NCBI GenBank assembly: GCA_963841045.1 | Contig: CAWJBD010000003.1 | Coordinates: 256,668 to 320,667, forward strand | Length of the DNA: 64,000 bases | Reading direction: 5' to 3' | Origin: an uncultured beta proteobacterium | GTDB taxonomy: Bacteria > Pseudomonadota > Gammaproteobacteria > Burkholderiales > Burkholderiaceae_C | Part shown: one piece after another, positions 18,211 through 30,134 of the stretch | Numbering within the stretch: position 1 is the first letter of the stretch | Layout: every line of letters begins with the position of its first letter | Translations under genes and position numbers: made by a program | The notes under the pieces: model-generated | Database searches by the model: none | What the model was told of the DNA's origin: nothing | Seen by the model: only the letters and a program-made list of their open reading frames with translations

Positions 18211-20046
18211 TCAATGCGCGAATCTCCGCTCCTCATCATAGGGGAAGACATCAAAAACCTGACCTTGCGCTATGCGGTCTTTTTGTTCCTGCCAATAACT
18301 GGCCTCTAACAAGTCGGCATGGTGTTGCATGAAGTATTTGCGCACAGTTGGATTGCCCAATAAGAAGGGTCCAAAAGTTTCAGGAAAAACATCATGCGGC
18401 CCCACGGTGTACCAAATTTCGCCACTCATTTCGTCTTCTTCATTGCGCGGTTCGGGTACTTTTCTGAAATTGCAATCGGTCACGTATTCAATTTCGTCGT
18501 AGTCGTAGAACACCACCTTGCCGTGCCGAGTAACTCCAAAATTTTTCCACAACATATCGCCTGGAAAAATATTGGCGGCTACCAAATCTTTGATGGCATT
18601 GCCGTATTCAATCACACCTTTTTCAACCTGCTGCAAGGCTTTTTCGGCAGCTGATCCCGGTGTGGGATCGGCAAAGCCAACGTCAAATGCTTCTTGCATG
18701 TAAATATTCAGCGGAATCATGCGCCGCTCAATATAAATATGCTTAATGATGACCTCCATCTTGCCATCGCCATTTCTGTCACTGATTTCAAGCTGGCTGG
18801 GTACAAACTTTTTCAACTCTTCAATCAGCTCATCTGAAAAACGGTCGCGTGGAAACCCTACTTCGCTGTATTCCAAAGTATCCGCCATTCGTCCGACTCG
18901 GTCATGTTGTTTCACCAATAAATACTTGCTTTTGATTAATTCTCGAGTTGTTTCTTTAGGTGGTGGGAAATAGTCTTTAATCACCTTGAACACATACGGA
19001 AATGATGGCAAATCAAACACCAACATCACCATGCCCTTGATACCTGGCGCAATGCGAAATTGATCGGTTGAATGCCTTAGATGATGCAAAAAATCGCGAT
19101 AAAAAAGGGTCTTTCCTTGCTTTTGTAATCCCAAGGCGTTGTAAAGCTCATTGCGCGGTTTACGCGGCATCATGCTGCGCAAAAACTGTACATAAGCGGA
19201 TGGAATTTCCATATCCACCATGAAATAAGCCCGCGCAAAGCTGAACAAGGCATGCATATCGTCTTCACCAATCAGCATGGCGTCAATCACTAGTTGTTTA
19301 AGGTCTGGATTCTTAGATTTGCTCTGATCGAGATGCAATATCGGCAATGCAAACGGTGTTTCTACAAACCCATTGACTATTTTTCCAACCAAATACGCAC
19401 CCTTATTCCGATAAAACAAACTTGAGAGCACTTGAATTTGAAAGTTTGCATGCACTTTCACGCCAACAAGACGATCATTGATGACGCGTGACACATTTTC
19501 AATATCGCGTTCTAAATTATGAAAAGGTGTAGCGAGATCAAAGTCGCGAACCATGTTCAACAAAACGGGCGACAAGTCTTTGTTATCAGGATAATAAGAC
19601 CAGTAGGTAGGCCGCTTTGCTTCTTCGTCATTCTCAATATATTCTGTGCTAACAGCAGGTCGCACAAAAATGAAATCATTTTGAAAATAACTGCGATGCA
19701 AAATTTGCGTGGTGATGGAATTGAAAAATGTTTCCGCCAACTCCGGCTGGTGATGATCGACCAACAATCCGATGTAATGCAATTTGATCTGTTGCCATGT
19801 TTCTTGCGTTTGCTCAGCTGCTTTGAATTCACGCTCCAAGCGATTGGAGCATTCGGTTACACGCAAATCATAAAACTCTATTCGCTCGCGTTGACCTCGT
19901 TGTTGCCCATGCCAATCTGCAACTTCAAACCGGTGTTTGGCACGCGCTGACTCGGTTCTAAACAGTCGGTAATGACGGTTAAAACCATCCATCATTGCTT
20001 TCGCAATATCGTAAGCTAGTGTTGAATTGAGTTGATTCGGAAACAT
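18211..20046 (-). CDS. aceK: isocitrate dehydrogenase kinase/phosphatase
   Basis: 611 aa with AceK-like sequence end to end ([16 protein letters not shown]; [24 protein letters not shown]). Confidence 0.9.
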   Translation of the reverse strand: MFPNQLNSTLAYDIAKAMMDGFNRHYRLFRTESARAKHRFEVADWHGQQRGQRERIEFYDLRVTECSNRLEREFKAAEQTQETWQQIKLHYIGLLVDHHQPELAETFFNSITTQILHRSYFQNDFIFVRPAVSTEYIENDEEAKRPTYWSYYPDNKDLSPVLLNMVRDFDLATPFHNLERDIENVSRVINDRLVGVKVHANFQIQVLSSLFYRNKGAYLVGKIVNGFVETPFALPILHLDQSKSKNPDLKQLVIDAMLIGEDDMHALFSFARAYFMVDMEIPSAYVQFLRSMMPRKPRNELYNALGLQKQGKTLFYRDFLHHLRHSTDQFRIAPGIKGMVMLVFDLPSFPYVFKVIKDYFPPPKETTRELIKSKYLLVKQHDRVGRMADTLEYSEVGFPRDRFSDELIEELKKFVPSQLEISDRNGDGKMEVIIKHIYIERRMIPLNIYMQEAFDVGFADPTPGSAAEKALQQVEKGVIEYGNAIKDLVAANIFPGDMLWKNFGVTRHGKVVFYDYDEIEYVTDCNFRKVPEPRNEEDEMSGEIWYTVGPHDVFPETFGPFLLGNPTVRKYFMQHHADLLEASYWQEQKDRIAQGQVFDVFPYDEERRFAH

Positions 20047-20081
20047 GAGATTGAGCGAGTGAGTTAAAACGTCAATCCATT

Positions 20082-20741
20082 TTAGGCCTGACGTTGACTG
20101 AAAACTTTCCGAATGGCATTTTGGTAAATATCAATTAAATGTTCATTACTTGAGACCGATACCAACAGATCTTTTAACAAACCATCGTGAACACCATAGA
20201 CCCAACCATGTACCGTAATGGCATGTCCAGCTTGCCAAGCATCTTGCATGACATTGCTATGGCAAACATTGATGACTTGTTCTATTGCATTCAACTCTAC
20301 CAAAGCATCCGACCGTTTTGAAGCATCTATTTGCATAAGCATCGAATGGTGTTTATCGCGCACATCTTGTATGTGCCTAATCCAGTTGTCTGCCAGACCC
20401 ACTCGGGTGTTGTTCAAAGCTGCCAATACACCACCGCATCCATAGTGACCGCAAACGATGATATCTTGTACATGCAAAACATCGACAGCGAATTGAATGG
20501 TCGATAAGGCGTTGAGGTCTGTGTGGACCACAATGTTCGCAATATTGCGGTGCACAAATACTTCACCTGGCTCTAAACCCGTGATTTGATTGGCTGGTAC
20601 CCGACTGTCTGAACAACCAATCCACATGTACTTGGGGGTTTGTTGTTGCGTCAGGTTGGTGAAAAACCCCGGCCTTTGCTTGATCATTTCTGCAGCCCAC
20701 GCCCGATTGTGAGCAAAGAGATCTTGAATAGTATTCGTCAT
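20082..20741 (-). CDS. can: beta-class carbonic anhydrase
   Basis: 219 aa with the zinc-ligand motifs CSDSRV and HYGCGGV. Confidence 0.9.
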   Translation of the reverse strand: MTNTIQDLFAHNRAWAAEMIKQRPGFFTNLTQQQTPKYMWIGCSDSRVPANQITGLEPGEVFVHRNIANIVVHTDLNALSTIQFAVDVLHVQDIIVCGHYGCGGVLAALNNTRVGLADNWIRHIQDVRDKHHSMLMQIDASKRSDALVELNAIEQVINVCHSNVMQDAWQAGHAITVHGWVYGVHDGLLKDLLVSVSSNEHLIDIYQNAIRKVFSQRQA

Positions 20742-20818
20742 GTCTTATATAGGTTTATGCGTTTGAATTCTTGGCTTTCCGTGCATGATTACAATGACGT
20801 ACTTGTTTCAAAATTTTT

Positions 20819-21877
20819 ATGAGTCCAATTATTTATACCCGTGGGCAGCAATTGCCAAACATTTTAGCCCAGCGCATCGTTATTTTGGATGGTGCGATGG
20901 GAACCATGATTCAACGATTCAAACTAAGCGAAGCACAATACCGTGGTGATCGCTTTGCCAATTTTCACAAAGATGTGAAAGGTAACAACGAACTGCTGTC
21001 ATTAACACGTCCTGACGTTATTGCAGACATTCATGAGAAATACTTGGCAGCTGGTGCAGACATTATTGAAACCAACACATTTGGTGCAACCACCATTGCC
21101 CAAGATGATTACGAGATGGCGCACTTGGCACGCGAGATGAACGTGCAATCAGCCAAAATAGCCCGTGCTGCATGTGATAAGTATTCCACACCTGATAAAC
21201 CTCGGTTTGTTGCTGGCGCTTTAGGGCCTACCCCCAAAACCGCCAGCATCAGCCCCGATGTCAATGACCCTGGTGCACGCAATGTGACATTCGAGCAATT
21301 GCGAGCCGCCTATTACGAACAAGTGGAAGGCTTGGTAGAAGGTGGCGCTGATGTGTTGTTGGTTGAAACTATTTTTGATACTTTGAACGCAAAAGCTGCG
21401 CTCTTTGCAATTGATGAGTATTTCGAGAACTCTGGTGAACGTTTACCCATACTCATCAGCGGTACAGTGACAGACGCATCAGGTCGCATTTTGAGTGGCC
21501 AAACCGTGTCCGCTTTTTGGCACAGTGTGCGTCATGCAAGACCATTGGTCATTGGGCTCAATTGCGCTTTGGGTGCTACGCTCATGCGGCCGTATATCCA
21601 AGAGCTTAACAAAGTTGCCACTGACACTTACATCAGTTGCTACCCTAACGCTGGCCTACCAAACCCCATGAGTGACACAGGCTTTGATGAAACGCCCGAA
21701 GTCACATCACGTTTGGTGCATGAGTTTGCGGCCGAAGGTTTGGTGAACATCGTAGGCGGCTGTTGCGGTACGACCCCTGACCACATTCTGGCCATTGCAA
21801 GCGCTGTGAAAGGTACTCCCACTCGGCACTTTAAAACTGCTAACTTTTATTCAGAGCAGGTCGAGCCAGTGGCTTAA
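20819..21877 (+). CDS. homocysteine S-methyltransferase domain protein (stand-alone MetH N-terminal module)
   Basis: 352 aa. [29 protein letters not shown] and [11 protein letters not shown] match the Hcy-binding module. No pterin-binding or B12-binding modules follow. Confidence 0.85.
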   Translation: MSPIIYTRGQQLPNILAQRIVILDGAMGTMIQRFKLSEAQYRGDRFANFHKDVKGNNELLSLTRPDVIADIHEKYLAAGADIIETNTFGATTIAQDDYEMAHLAREMNVQSAKIARAACDKYSTPDKPRFVAGALGPTPKTASISPDVNDPGARNVTFEQLRAAYYEQVEGLVEGGADVLLVETIFDTLNAKAALFAIDEYFENSGERLPILISGTVTDASGRILSGQTVSAFWHSVRHARPLVIGLNCALGATLMRPYIQELNKVATDTYISCYPNAGLPNPMSDTGFDETPEVTSRLVHEFAAEGLVNIVGGCCGTTPDHILAIASAVKGTPTRHFKTANFYSEQVEPVA

Positions 21878-21936
21878 ACACAGTAGTTTGATTGATTGAA
21901 CCAGACACCAAAAACAAAACAAAGAAACGAGACAAG

Positions 21937-24243
21937 ATGCAAACCACCAAATCAACCGAACAAAAACGAGACGAATTGCGTCAAGCAGCTCTTGATTACC
22001 ACGAACGTCCTATTCCTGGAAAAATAACCATAGCTGCCACCAAACAACTGGTCAACCAGCACGACTTGGCACTGGCTTATTCGCCTGGTGTGGCTTTTCC
22101 ATGTGAAGAAATTGTCAAAGATCCGAACAATGCCTTCAAATACACCGCACGCGGTAATTTGGTTGCGGTCATCACCAATGGCACCGCAGTATTGGGTTTA
22201 GGAGATATTGGGCCTTTAGCTTCTAAGCCAGTGATGGAAGGCAAAGCGGTTTTATTTAAGAAATTTGCTGGTATTGATGTATTCGACATTGAAGTCAATG
22301 AAAAGAACGACTTGGATAAATTGGTAGACATCATTGCGGCCCTAGAACCAACTTTTGGTGGCATCAATCTAGAAGACATCAAAGCGCCTGATTGCTTCTA
22401 CGTTGAGCGCAAGCTTAGTGAGCGCATGAAAATTCCCGTTTTCCATGACGATCAACACGGCACTGCCATCTGTGTAGGTGCAGCCATTTTGAATGGCCTT
22501 AAAGTTGTTGGAAAAGACCCCAAAGACATCAAGTTGGTCACATCGGGAGCAGGTGCTGCAGCACTGGCGTGTTTAGGTTTGCTCGTTAAGCTGGGCATTC
22601 CGCAGAAAAACATTTTTGTAACTGATCTTGCCGGTGTCGTATACGAAGGTCGTACCGAGTTGATGGATGAGGACAAGATTATTTATGCGCAAGCCACTTC
22701 CGCGCGCACCTTAGGAGAAGTCATTGACGGTGCGGATGTGTTTCTGGGTCTATCAGCAGGTGGTGTCCTGAAGCAAGACATGGTGAAGAAAATGGCGGCT
22801 AAGCCATTGATATTTGCCTTGGCCAATCCAAATCCCGAAATCACACCAGAAGATGTCAACGCCGTTCGCAATGATGCAATTGTCGCAACGGGACGCAGTG
22901 ACTACCCCAACCAAGTCAACAATGTTTTGTGCTTCCCCTACATATTCAGAGGCGCATTAGACGCTGGTGCGTCAACCATCACGACAGAGATGAAGATTGC
23001 AGCCGTTCACGCGATTGCTGAACTGGCGCAAGCTGAACAGAGTGAAGTCGTGGCAGCCGCATATGTTGGTGAAAAATTAGCTTTTGGGCCAGAGTATTTA
23101 ATACCCAAACCCTTTGATCCGCGTTTGATGATCAAAATCGCACCTGCAGTTGCTCAAGCCGCTGCCGACTCAGGTGTGGCATTGCGACCGATCAAAGACA
23201 TGGATGCTTATATTCAAAAATTGCAAGCATTTGTCTATGCATCTGGCACCACGATGAAGCCCATTTTCACAGCTGCAAAAAAAGCTGTCAAAAAGCGCGT
23301 GGTCTTTTCTGAAGGCGAAGATGAACGGGTGTTACGTGCATCACAAATCGTCGTGGATGAGAGCATTGCACACCCCACCTTCATTGGCCGGCCTGCTGTC
23401 ATTGCCAAACGCATTGAAAAGTTTGGTTTGCGTTTAAAAGAAGGTGTGGACTACCAAGTCGTGAATGTTGAGCAGGATGACCGTTACCGTGATTTCTGGC
23501 AAACCTATCACCGAATGACTGAGCGAAAGGGCGTTACCGAGCAGTTGGCCAAAATCGAGATGAGACGTCGTTTATCGCTCATAGGTGCCATGTTGCTGCA
23601 AAAAGGGGAAGTTGATGGTTTGATTTGTGGCACTTGGGGCAGCACCACATTGCATCTCAATTATGTAGACCAAGTAATAGGTAAACGCAACGGTGTCAAC
23701 AATTATGCGTGCATGAATGGCTTGATGTTGCCTGGGCGACAAGTGTTTCTAGTAGATACACACATCAACTATGACCCTAGCGCTGAGCAGTTGTGCGAAA
23801 TCACGATCATGGCAGCTGAAGAAATGAAGCGTTTTGGATTTAAACCCAAAGTAGCTTTGTTGAGTCACTCTAATTTTGGTAGTAGCGACAAGCCAAGTGC
23901 CATCAAAATGCGTAACACACTACAGTTGTTACGTGAACAGGCTCCATGGCTTGAAGTTGATGGTGAGATGCATGGCGACTTGGCTTTAGACAGTGATGCT
24001 CGCCATCATCTTATGCCCAATACAACGTTGCACGGTGACGCCAATCTTTTGGTATTGCCGAATATTGATGCTGCAAATATTGCTTACAACTTGTTGAAAA
24101 CTGCAGCTGGCGGCAATATTGCGATTGGTCCGGTACTGCTCGGTGCGAACAAGCCCGTGCACATTTTGACACCCAGCACCACGGTGCGGCGTATTGTCAA
24201 TATGACTGCTTTAACCGTGGCAGATGCGAATGCAGCCAGATAA
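21937..24243 (+). CDS. maeB: NADP-dependent malic enzyme with C-terminal phosphate-acetyltransferase-like domain
   Basis: 768 aa from [41 protein letters not shown] and a PTA-like C-terminal half. Confidence 0.9.
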   Translation: MQTTKSTEQKRDELRQAALDYHERPIPGKITIAATKQLVNQHDLALAYSPGVAFPCEEIVKDPNNAFKYTARGNLVAVITNGTAVLGLGDIGPLASKPVMEGKAVLFKKFAGIDVFDIEVNEKNDLDKLVDIIAALEPTFGGINLEDIKAPDCFYVERKLSERMKIPVFHDDQHGTAICVGAAILNGLKVVGKDPKDIKLVTSGAGAAALACLGLLVKLGIPQKNIFVTDLAGVVYEGRTELMDEDKIIYAQATSARTLGEVIDGADVFLGLSAGGVLKQDMVKKMAAKPLIFALANPNPEITPEDVNAVRNDAIVATGRSDYPNQVNNVLCFPYIFRGALDAGASTITTEMKIAAVHAIAELAQAEQSEVVAAAYVGEKLAFGPEYLIPKPFDPRLMIKIAPAVAQAAADSGVALRPIKDMDAYIQKLQAFVYASGTTMKPIFTAAKKAVKKRVVFSEGEDERVLRASQIVVDESIAHPTFIGRPAVIAKRIEKFGLRLKEGVDYQVVNVEQDDRYRDFWQTYHRMTERKGVTEQLAKIEMRRRLSLIGAMLLQKGEVDGLICGTWGSTTLHLNYVDQVIGKRNGVNNYACMNGLMLPGRQVFLVDTHINYDPSAEQLCEITIMAAEEMKRFGFKPKVALLSHSNFGSSDKPSAIKMRNTLQLLREQAPWLEVDGEMHGDLALDSDARHHLMPNTTLHGDANLLVLPNIDAANIAYNLLKTAAGGNIAIGPVLLGANKPVHILTPSTTVRRIVNMTALTVADANAAR

Positions 24244-24353
24244 TTGACTAATTTGTAAGGATCACTTGCTTTTTTTGCTGAATTGAACGACACTACAGCT
24301 CTCGAGTGATACGGGTTTACCCGCACTCAAACAGCGTTGTAAGCAGCAAACAT

Positions 24354-24782
24354 ATGGCATTGATGGGCTTTAGAGAGTCAAATTCTTTTATAAAACGACT
24401 ATTTGCGGTATTTTTAGCAAGTATTTTACTCATTTGCACCAATATAGTGCATGCGAGGTCATCTTCGGATTATCTTGCCAATTTGAGTCATTTAGAGTCG
24501 ATTTCTCTAGCCGATTTACCCAAACAGGGGCAGCATGTTTACGCACTGATTGAGGCAGGTGGACCTTTTGCTTATGAAAAAGATGGTGTTGTGTTTGGCA
24601 ACCGAGAGAGGATATTACCTGTACACAAACGTGGCTTTTACCGTGAATACACTGTAAAAACTTCTGGTGTACGTCACCGCGGTGCAAGACGCATTGTTTG
24701 TGGCGGGTACAAAATGACCAATCCAGAAGTTTGCTATTACACAGATGACCACTATGCGAGTTTTCGCATCATTAAACCTTGA
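24354..24782 (+). CDS. secreted guanyl-specific ribonuclease (barnase / RNase Sa / N1-T1 family)
   Basis: Signal-like segment LFAVFLASILLICTNIVHA, then GGPFAYEKDGVVFGNRERILP...YREYTV...RGARRIVCG...YYTDDHYASF. The start is uncertain (GTG at 24306, ATG at 24354 or 24363). Confidence 0.8.
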   Translation: MALMGFRESNSFIKRLFAVFLASILLICTNIVHARSSSDYLANLSHLESISLADLPKQGQHVYALIEAGGPFAYEKDGVVFGNRERILPVHKRGFYREYTVKTSGVRHRGARRIVCGGYKMTNPEVCYYTDDHYASFRIIKP

Positions 24783-24815
24783 TAGTTTTGAAAGTAGAGT
24801 GAGGGAATAGAATTT

Positions 24816-25211
24816 ATGCTACTTCGTACCGTTAGAAATAATATTGTTCAATCGATTCGTGCATTCACGGTGAATCAATTGCAAGACACTGCCAAAGAAC
24901 TTGGTCAGCATTTTTTATATGCCAATTTGGCCATGGCGCAATCTAAGCAAGACGTGCTTGATTTGGTTTCGGCCCAATTTTCATTGCCAGCGCACTTCGG
25001 TAAGAATTTTGATGCACTTTATGATTGTTTGACTGATCCAGTTTACAAGTCAGGTCCACAAGTTGGCTTTATTGTTGTGCTTGAACACATTCCAGCGAAT
25101 GTCAAATTTGACAAAGAAGCACGTGAACAGTTGTTGGATATTTTCAGGGATGCTGCTGATTATTGGGGAGACAGGAAAATACCATTCCGATGTTTCTATT
25201 CTTTTCAGTAG
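24816..25211 (+). CDS. barstar-family ribonuclease inhibitor
   Basis: 131 aa. FSLPAHFGKNFDALYDCLTD ... IVVLEHIP ... LLDIFRDAADYW. Lies immediately downstream of the RNase, with a GAGGGA RBS. Confidence 0.8.
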   Translation: MLLRTVRNNIVQSIRAFTVNQLQDTAKELGQHFLYANLAMAQSKQDVLDLVSAQFSLPAHFGKNFDALYDCLTDPVYKSGPQVGFIVVLEHIPANVKFDKEAREQLLDIFRDAADYWGDRKIPFRCFYSFQ

Positions 25212-25246
25212 CCCGTTCTGCGCAAAATAGCCAAGCAGAACGGGCT
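25210..25246 (+). terminator. strong hairpin at the barstar stop codon (no clear U-tract)
   Basis: AGCCCGTTCTGC-13 nt-GCAGAACGGGCT, a 12-bp perfect stem. Confidence 0.4.
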
Positions 25247-25454
25247 AATGAGGCACTGGGACAAATTAAGGTCGCAAATTTGGAAGTCATTAAAGATGAC
25301 GTTGAGGAAGCAGAAATAACCGAAAAAATGCCGACGGATAAACTCGTTGACGTTTCACCACTCGCATTGCGTATGAGCAGCCCTTTCAATGCAGGATATT
25401 GGTTAACAGCAGCTTAATTTTGATTCTCTCAACTGCGAACCAAATCTAATCGCG

Positions 25455-26255
25455 TTAATCTTTATCCAAAGCTAGCGCAAGCTCAATGTATTGCTCAACA
25501 GGCACTTCTTGAGCTCTGCGTTGCAGATCGAAATTGCCATGATACGATTTTTCGTCCAACCATTTGCCTAAAGTGTGGCGCATCAATTTGCGGCGTTGAC
25601 TGAAGGCAACACGCACCAACTCACTGAGCATTTCAAGATTTAACTGGGGTGGGTTTAATCTTGGGATCATGCGCACAATCGCGCTGTCGACACGAGGTGG
25701 TGGCGCAAATGAACTGGGCGGAACAAATAACACATTGGCCATGTCATAGCGCCATTGCATCATCACGCTTAAACGACTGTAATCACTGCAATCTGCTTTA
25801 GCAACCATGCGATCTATGACTTCTTTTTGCAGCATGAAGTGTTGGTCTTCTATCACGCCAACAAAATGAAGTAAATGAAAAAGTATTGGCGTCGAAATGT
25901 TGTAAGGTAAATTTCCAACAACACGCAACTTTTGCACATCGGCATCAGCAGTACTTGCGGAAGACTTCAACATGGATTGTCTGATTTCAAGAAAATCAAC
26001 ATTCAAAACATCGGATTGGATGACATCAAGATGCTCATGCAATCGAAGTTGAACAGCTAAATCTCGATCAAGTTCAATGACTGTCAAATGCCCCAAACGC
26101 TCAACCAAAGGTTGCGTCAGCGCTGCCAAACCGGGGCCAATTTCGACCATCATTTGACCCGCTTTGGGTGCAATCAGCCCGACGATGTCATCAATTATGG
26201 ATTTGTCTGTTAGGAAGTGCTGACCGAAACGTTTGCGAGGTATATGGTTATTCAA
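25455..26255 (-). CDS. rsmA: 16S rRNA (adenine1518/1519-N6)-dimethyltransferase
   Basis: 266 aa. [19 protein letters not shown] and [10 protein letters not shown]. Confidence 0.95.
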   Translation of the reverse strand: MNNHIPRKRFGQHFLTDKSIIDDIVGLIAPKAGQMMVEIGPGLAALTQPLVERLGHLTVIELDRDLAVQLRLHEHLDVIQSDVLNVDFLEIRQSMLKSSASTADADVQKLRVVGNLPYNISTPILFHLLHFVGVIEDQHFMLQKEVIDRMVAKADCSDYSRLSVMMQWRYDMANVLFVPPSSFAPPPRVDSAIVRMIPRLNPPQLNLEMLSELVRVAFSQRRKLMRHTLGKWLDEKSYHGNFDLQRRAQEVPVEQYIELALALDKD

Positions 26256-26267
26256 AATGTTATATGG

Positions 26268-27656
26268 CTATTTTGATGGTGCTTCGCGGAATTCAACATA
26301 GGCATTTTTCCGCAAATCATTCAACCAAATATTGAAGTTCTCATCCAATTTTTTTTCTCGCAATACATTTCGCGCTTGTTCGCGAAGTTCAGATAAAGCA
26401 ACTTTTGCATCACGGCGCTCCTCAACCAAAATCAAGTGCACACCAAAACGAGTCACAGTTGGCTCAGAAATCACACCAGGTGCCAATCGATTCATGGCAT
26501 TTTCAAATTCGGGGGCATACTGAAGTGGAAATGACCACCCCAATTGCCCCCCTTCACTCGCAGAACCATCTTGTGAATTTTGCCTAGCAATCGTCGCAAA
26601 ATCAGTACTTTTTGATTCAATGCGTTTTTTGAAGTCGACAAGCTTCGCAATTACGGCAGCTTCATCCATTTGTGCGTTAGGTCGAATCAAAATATGCCGA
26701 GCGCGTGTTTGGGTCACGATCAGGCCAGCATTGCCAGCAGATTGTTTGGCTATCACTTTGAGAATGTGAAACCCCGCTCCAGATTTGATGATGTCTGAAA
26801 TATCACCATCTTTAAGATTGGCCACGGCTTCTGCAAACAAAGTCGGATACCGATCAACAGGACGCATGCCCATTTGTCCGCCATTTTTTGCGTCTGTCCC
26901 ATCAGAATTTTCTTGCGCTAATTTGAAAAAATCTTCACCTGACTTGGCTTTTACCAACAAGCGTTCAGCACGTTCTTTCAGGTTTTGGATTTTCGCAGCG
27001 TTTGCATCTTCAGGAACGATAATTAAAATTTGGGCCAAATCAATTTCTGGTGGTGCATCTGACAGTACGCCTGGCGTTAACTTCAGAAAAGCATCAATTT
27101 CGTTTTCTGGAATACTCACACGTGTGGAAATCTCACGTTCGCGAAGTTTTTGAATAATCAATTGTCGTTCAAGGTCTGTTCTTATTTGCGCATATCCAAC
27201 GCCATCTGAACTGACACGTTTACGCAATTCTTCAACTGGGATATTGTTTTTATCCGCGTAGTTTTGTACGGCAGCATCCAAAATACGACCGTCTATCTTG
27301 ATGCCAGCTTCCTTGGCCATTTGCATTTGTATTTTCTCTTTGATGACATCTTCAAGAATCTCTTTCAACAGCACATCACGTGGTGGCATACCTTGGTTTT
27401 GTTCAGCGAGTCTTCGCTCATAGCGAATCAGACGGCTGCGAATTTCATTGTTGGTGACTGGCTCCGAATTCACAATGGCAACAATGTAGTCGGCTTGGAT
27501 GACTTGTCCGACTGCTTGATTTGAATTGGATACAGTCAATGAAGAACTAGGTTTGAGTTGTGCAGTTTGTGCCATTGTCGTACTCATGCAAGTGATGCAA
27601 GACATACTTAGTAGCAATCGCAAATAAAAAATTTTGGTCATAAAAATGGCTAGCAA
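26268..27656 (-). CDS. surA: periplasmic chaperone / peptidyl-prolyl isomerase SurA
   Basis: 462 aa with a signal peptide and two parvulin-like segments, in lptD-surA-rsmA synteny. Confidence 0.9.
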   Translation of the reverse strand: MLAIFMTKIFYLRLLLSMSCITCMSTTMAQTAQLKPSSSLTVSNSNQAVGQVIQADYIVAIVNSEPVTNNEIRSRLIRYERRLAEQNQGMPPRDVLLKEILEDVIKEKIQMQMAKEAGIKIDGRILDAAVQNYADKNNIPVEELRKRVSSDGVGYAQIRTDLERQLIIQKLREREISTRVSIPENEIDAFLKLTPGVLSDAPPEIDLAQILIIVPEDANAAKIQNLKERAERLLVKAKSGEDFFKLAQENSDGTDAKNGGQMGMRPVDRYPTLFAEAVANLKDGDISDIIKSGAGFHILKVIAKQSAGNAGLIVTQTRARHILIRPNAQMDEAAVIAKLVDFKKRIESKSTDFATIARQNSQDGSASEGGQLGWSFPLQYAPEFENAMNRLAPGVISEPTVTRFGVHLILVEERRDAKVALSELREQARNVLREKKLDENFNIWLNDLRKNAYVEFREAPSK

Positions 27657-27688
27657 TCAGCAATATTCAAAATTAGCCTATGGAAAGT

Positions 27689-30046
27689 TTAGTCATAGTT
27701 CGTGAAACGACTGGGTGTTGTAACTTGTTCATTTAAATTTTGATAACGCGGTATATTCGTTTTCAAGGTTCTTAACGTTCCAGCCTGTCCAATTCGAGCA
27801 AAGCCAACCAATTCGAGTTGGAACAAAACACGACTGTTACTACTGGCATCGCTGCGAGCCAAGTTTTCCACCACGACACGCCCTAACCAACAACCAGCAT
27901 CATATTCAAACCCCACAATGGAATCAACGAATTTGCGATCAGCCATGCTGTAATTCAGTCGCCCAACTGAATACCAGCGACCCGAGCTCTGGCCATTGTC
28001 TGATACGGCGGTTTGTCCCTTATCGCCCCACAAATCATTGAGAGGCCATTGCCAGCCTAAATCGATTTGTTCACTGCTGCCTTTTTGCAAGCGATATGCT
28101 AAATTCAAGACACGGTAGTTACTAGGCGTATAGCTTGCCCCAATGGTTGAACGAATGGCTCGATTGGTGTCAAAATTATATTGTTGCGTCGTGTCTAATG
28201 ACCAATGAGGTGATACATTGACAGACGCACCAACTAGCAAATCACTGAAACGATCCGTCACTGCGGTAGTCCCTGGCAATGTAACCAATTGATTTTTGAA
28301 ACGGAAACGCTGCGCGACAGAGAATCGTGCCAATTCAGCACCCGTTCCTCCATCTAAAAATCTAGATGTGGCGCCCAAAGTCAGTAAATTGTTATCGGCA
28401 ATTCTGTCACCACCACTGTATGGATTTTCTAAATAGCTGCTGGCAAAACTAAAGTCGTTTGCTGTAGTGTCATAAAGTGGAATAAAACTTTGATCACGAT
28501 AAGGTGTATAGGTATAAAAAGCACGGGGCTCAAAGGTCTGCAACACATTTCTTCCGAAAATTTGTGTATCTCGTTCAAATACCAAACCGCTGTCTAGACT
28601 GAATGTTGGTAAAACACGATTGGCTGAGCGAGCACCATTGGATACAACATCATCAAATGCATAACGAGTTGCATGGACTTGCAGTTTTGGGGTAAAGAAC
28701 CATCCCGGGTTTATCCAAGGACGACTGACCTGTGCATGCAAAATTCCGCGATTAACGTTGGGTTGCTTGGTCAAACTCGCATCAGACGAGAACCGTGTGA
28801 CATCGCCTGTGATAGAAAAATCAAATCCGTACAAATTGTTTTTTGCATACCTGGCCGTAAATTGTGGCAACCTATCGTAGGGCGGAACAATTGGCGCGGC
28901 AATATCTTTCAATGTTTGCCATTTCGAAACGCGTAACCCAAGTGACAGTTGCTCGGTATTCAAACTCAAACCCATTTCGCTGGCCAACAAACGCTGTGTC
29001 AACGAGGCTGTACCTCGGGGAAAATCGCGCCAATAGTTGTCGTCACTCACGCGGTTAATATCAAAATTTAAGCCAACATCTCCCAAGCCTGTCTGGTAAT
29101 TCATATTTTGCTTACCAGCAAAACCCCAACGCGTGCGGTCACGAAGTGGGTCAGATGGCATGACATCGGCGCGTATTTGACCGTTGTAGTTATCTTCTAA
29201 ATAGCGGAATTCTGCCCCCATGCTTAAACCACGTCGGTAACTGTACGCTGGAATAAGGGTGGCATCACGATTGGGCGCCAAATTGACATAGTAGGGTGCT
29301 GAAAACTCAAACCCGTTGATACTGTCTGTGGCATATGTGGGTGGTAACCAACCCGATTTGCGCTTGTTACTCAACGGAAAACTAATGGATGGCAGAGGCA
29401 CGGGTACGCCTTTGAAAGTCAGTGTGGCGTCTGTCGCTTGTCCAACATCATCCTCAGTATTGATATTCATACTGGCAGCTTTGAGTATCCAGTCTGGCAT
29501 CCAACTGGGTCCAGGATATCTTCTACAGGTGCTGTAAGTGGCATTTTGAATGATGGCATGCTTGTCATCTACAAAATCTACGCGACTGCCTTCACCATGA
29601 CCTTCTGTTTTAAGAAATTTATACTTTGGCTGATCTAAAAAGCCAGAAAAACTGTCGACCTTCAAATCCAGCAGCGTGCCTTCATAAATATCACCTAAAC
29701 GATTGAGCCTGACATTGTTAGTCGCTTTGGCCTTGTCTTCCAGAATTTGGTATTCCAATTTATCGGCATGAATCACTGTGCCTGGGCGTCGCAGTTCGGC
29801 ATTGCCCTCAACCTTGGCTTCAATATCAGGTCTACCACTGATTCGGTCGCCGTAGATAAAGGTTATTGGAGCTTGTTGCACAGTTTGCGGGATCGCTTCT
29901 TGCAGCAAGGGCGACATTTTCAATGTTGCTGATGCTGGCTTAACTGCATTCTGAACAGTTTGCGCATGACTTGAACTTAGGCCTAAGATGTTCAGTGCAA
30001 TGAATAAAATTGGTGAGAAACTAATTTTTCGCATGTCGTTGGGCAT
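27689..30046 (-). CDS. lptD: LPS-assembly outer-membrane protein LptD
   Basis: 785 aa with a signal peptide, a beta-barrel-type alternating sequence and a C-terminal aromatic residue. Sits upstream of surA. Confidence 0.9.
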   Translation of the reverse strand: MPNDMRKISFSPILFIALNILGLSSSHAQTVQNAVKPASATLKMSPLLQEAIPQTVQQAPITFIYGDRISGRPDIEAKVEGNAELRRPGTVIHADKLEYQILEDKAKATNNVRLNRLGDIYEGTLLDLKVDSFSGFLDQPKYKFLKTEGHGEGSRVDFVDDKHAIIQNATYSTCRRYPGPSWMPDWILKAASMNINTEDDVGQATDATLTFKGVPVPLPSISFPLSNKRKSGWLPPTYATDSINGFEFSAPYYVNLAPNRDATLIPAYSYRRGLSMGAEFRYLEDNYNGQIRADVMPSDPLRDRTRWGFAGKQNMNYQTGLGDVGLNFDINRVSDDNYWRDFPRGTASLTQRLLASEMGLSLNTEQLSLGLRVSKWQTLKDIAAPIVPPYDRLPQFTARYAKNNLYGFDFSITGDVTRFSSDASLTKQPNVNRGILHAQVSRPWINPGWFFTPKLQVHATRYAFDDVVSNGARSANRVLPTFSLDSGLVFERDTQIFGRNVLQTFEPRAFYTYTPYRDQSFIPLYDTTANDFSFASSYLENPYSGGDRIADNNLLTLGATSRFLDGGTGAELARFSVAQRFRFKNQLVTLPGTTAVTDRFSDLLVGASVNVSPHWSLDTTQQYNFDTNRAIRSTIGASYTPSNYRVLNLAYRLQKGSSEQIDLGWQWPLNDLWGDKGQTAVSDNGQSSGRWYSVGRLNYSMADRKFVDSIVGFEYDAGCWLGRVVVENLARSDASSNSRVLFQLELVGFARIGQAGTLRTLKTNIPRYQNLNEQVTTPSRFTNYD

Positions 30047-30134
30047 GTCGTTTGTTCAGATAAATTAAAAAAGAAACCTTACTACTCAAGTGAATCGAAA
30101 TGGGCTTTTTAGTTGTTTGTAAAATAGATTATCC

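Noticed and set aside
21892-21936. 15-codon N-terminal extension of the maeB ORF
   Set aside because: The Lys/Thr-rich leader is unlike malic enzymes. The ATG at 21937 gives the conserved N-terminus.
25144-25417. Overlapping 84-aa (+) and 81-aa (-) ORFs in the barstar-rsmA spacer
   Set aside because: There is no RBS and no family resemblance. The plus ORF starts inside barstar and runs through the terminator-like hairpin. The region is treated as non-coding; a possible sRNA cannot be judged from sequence alone.
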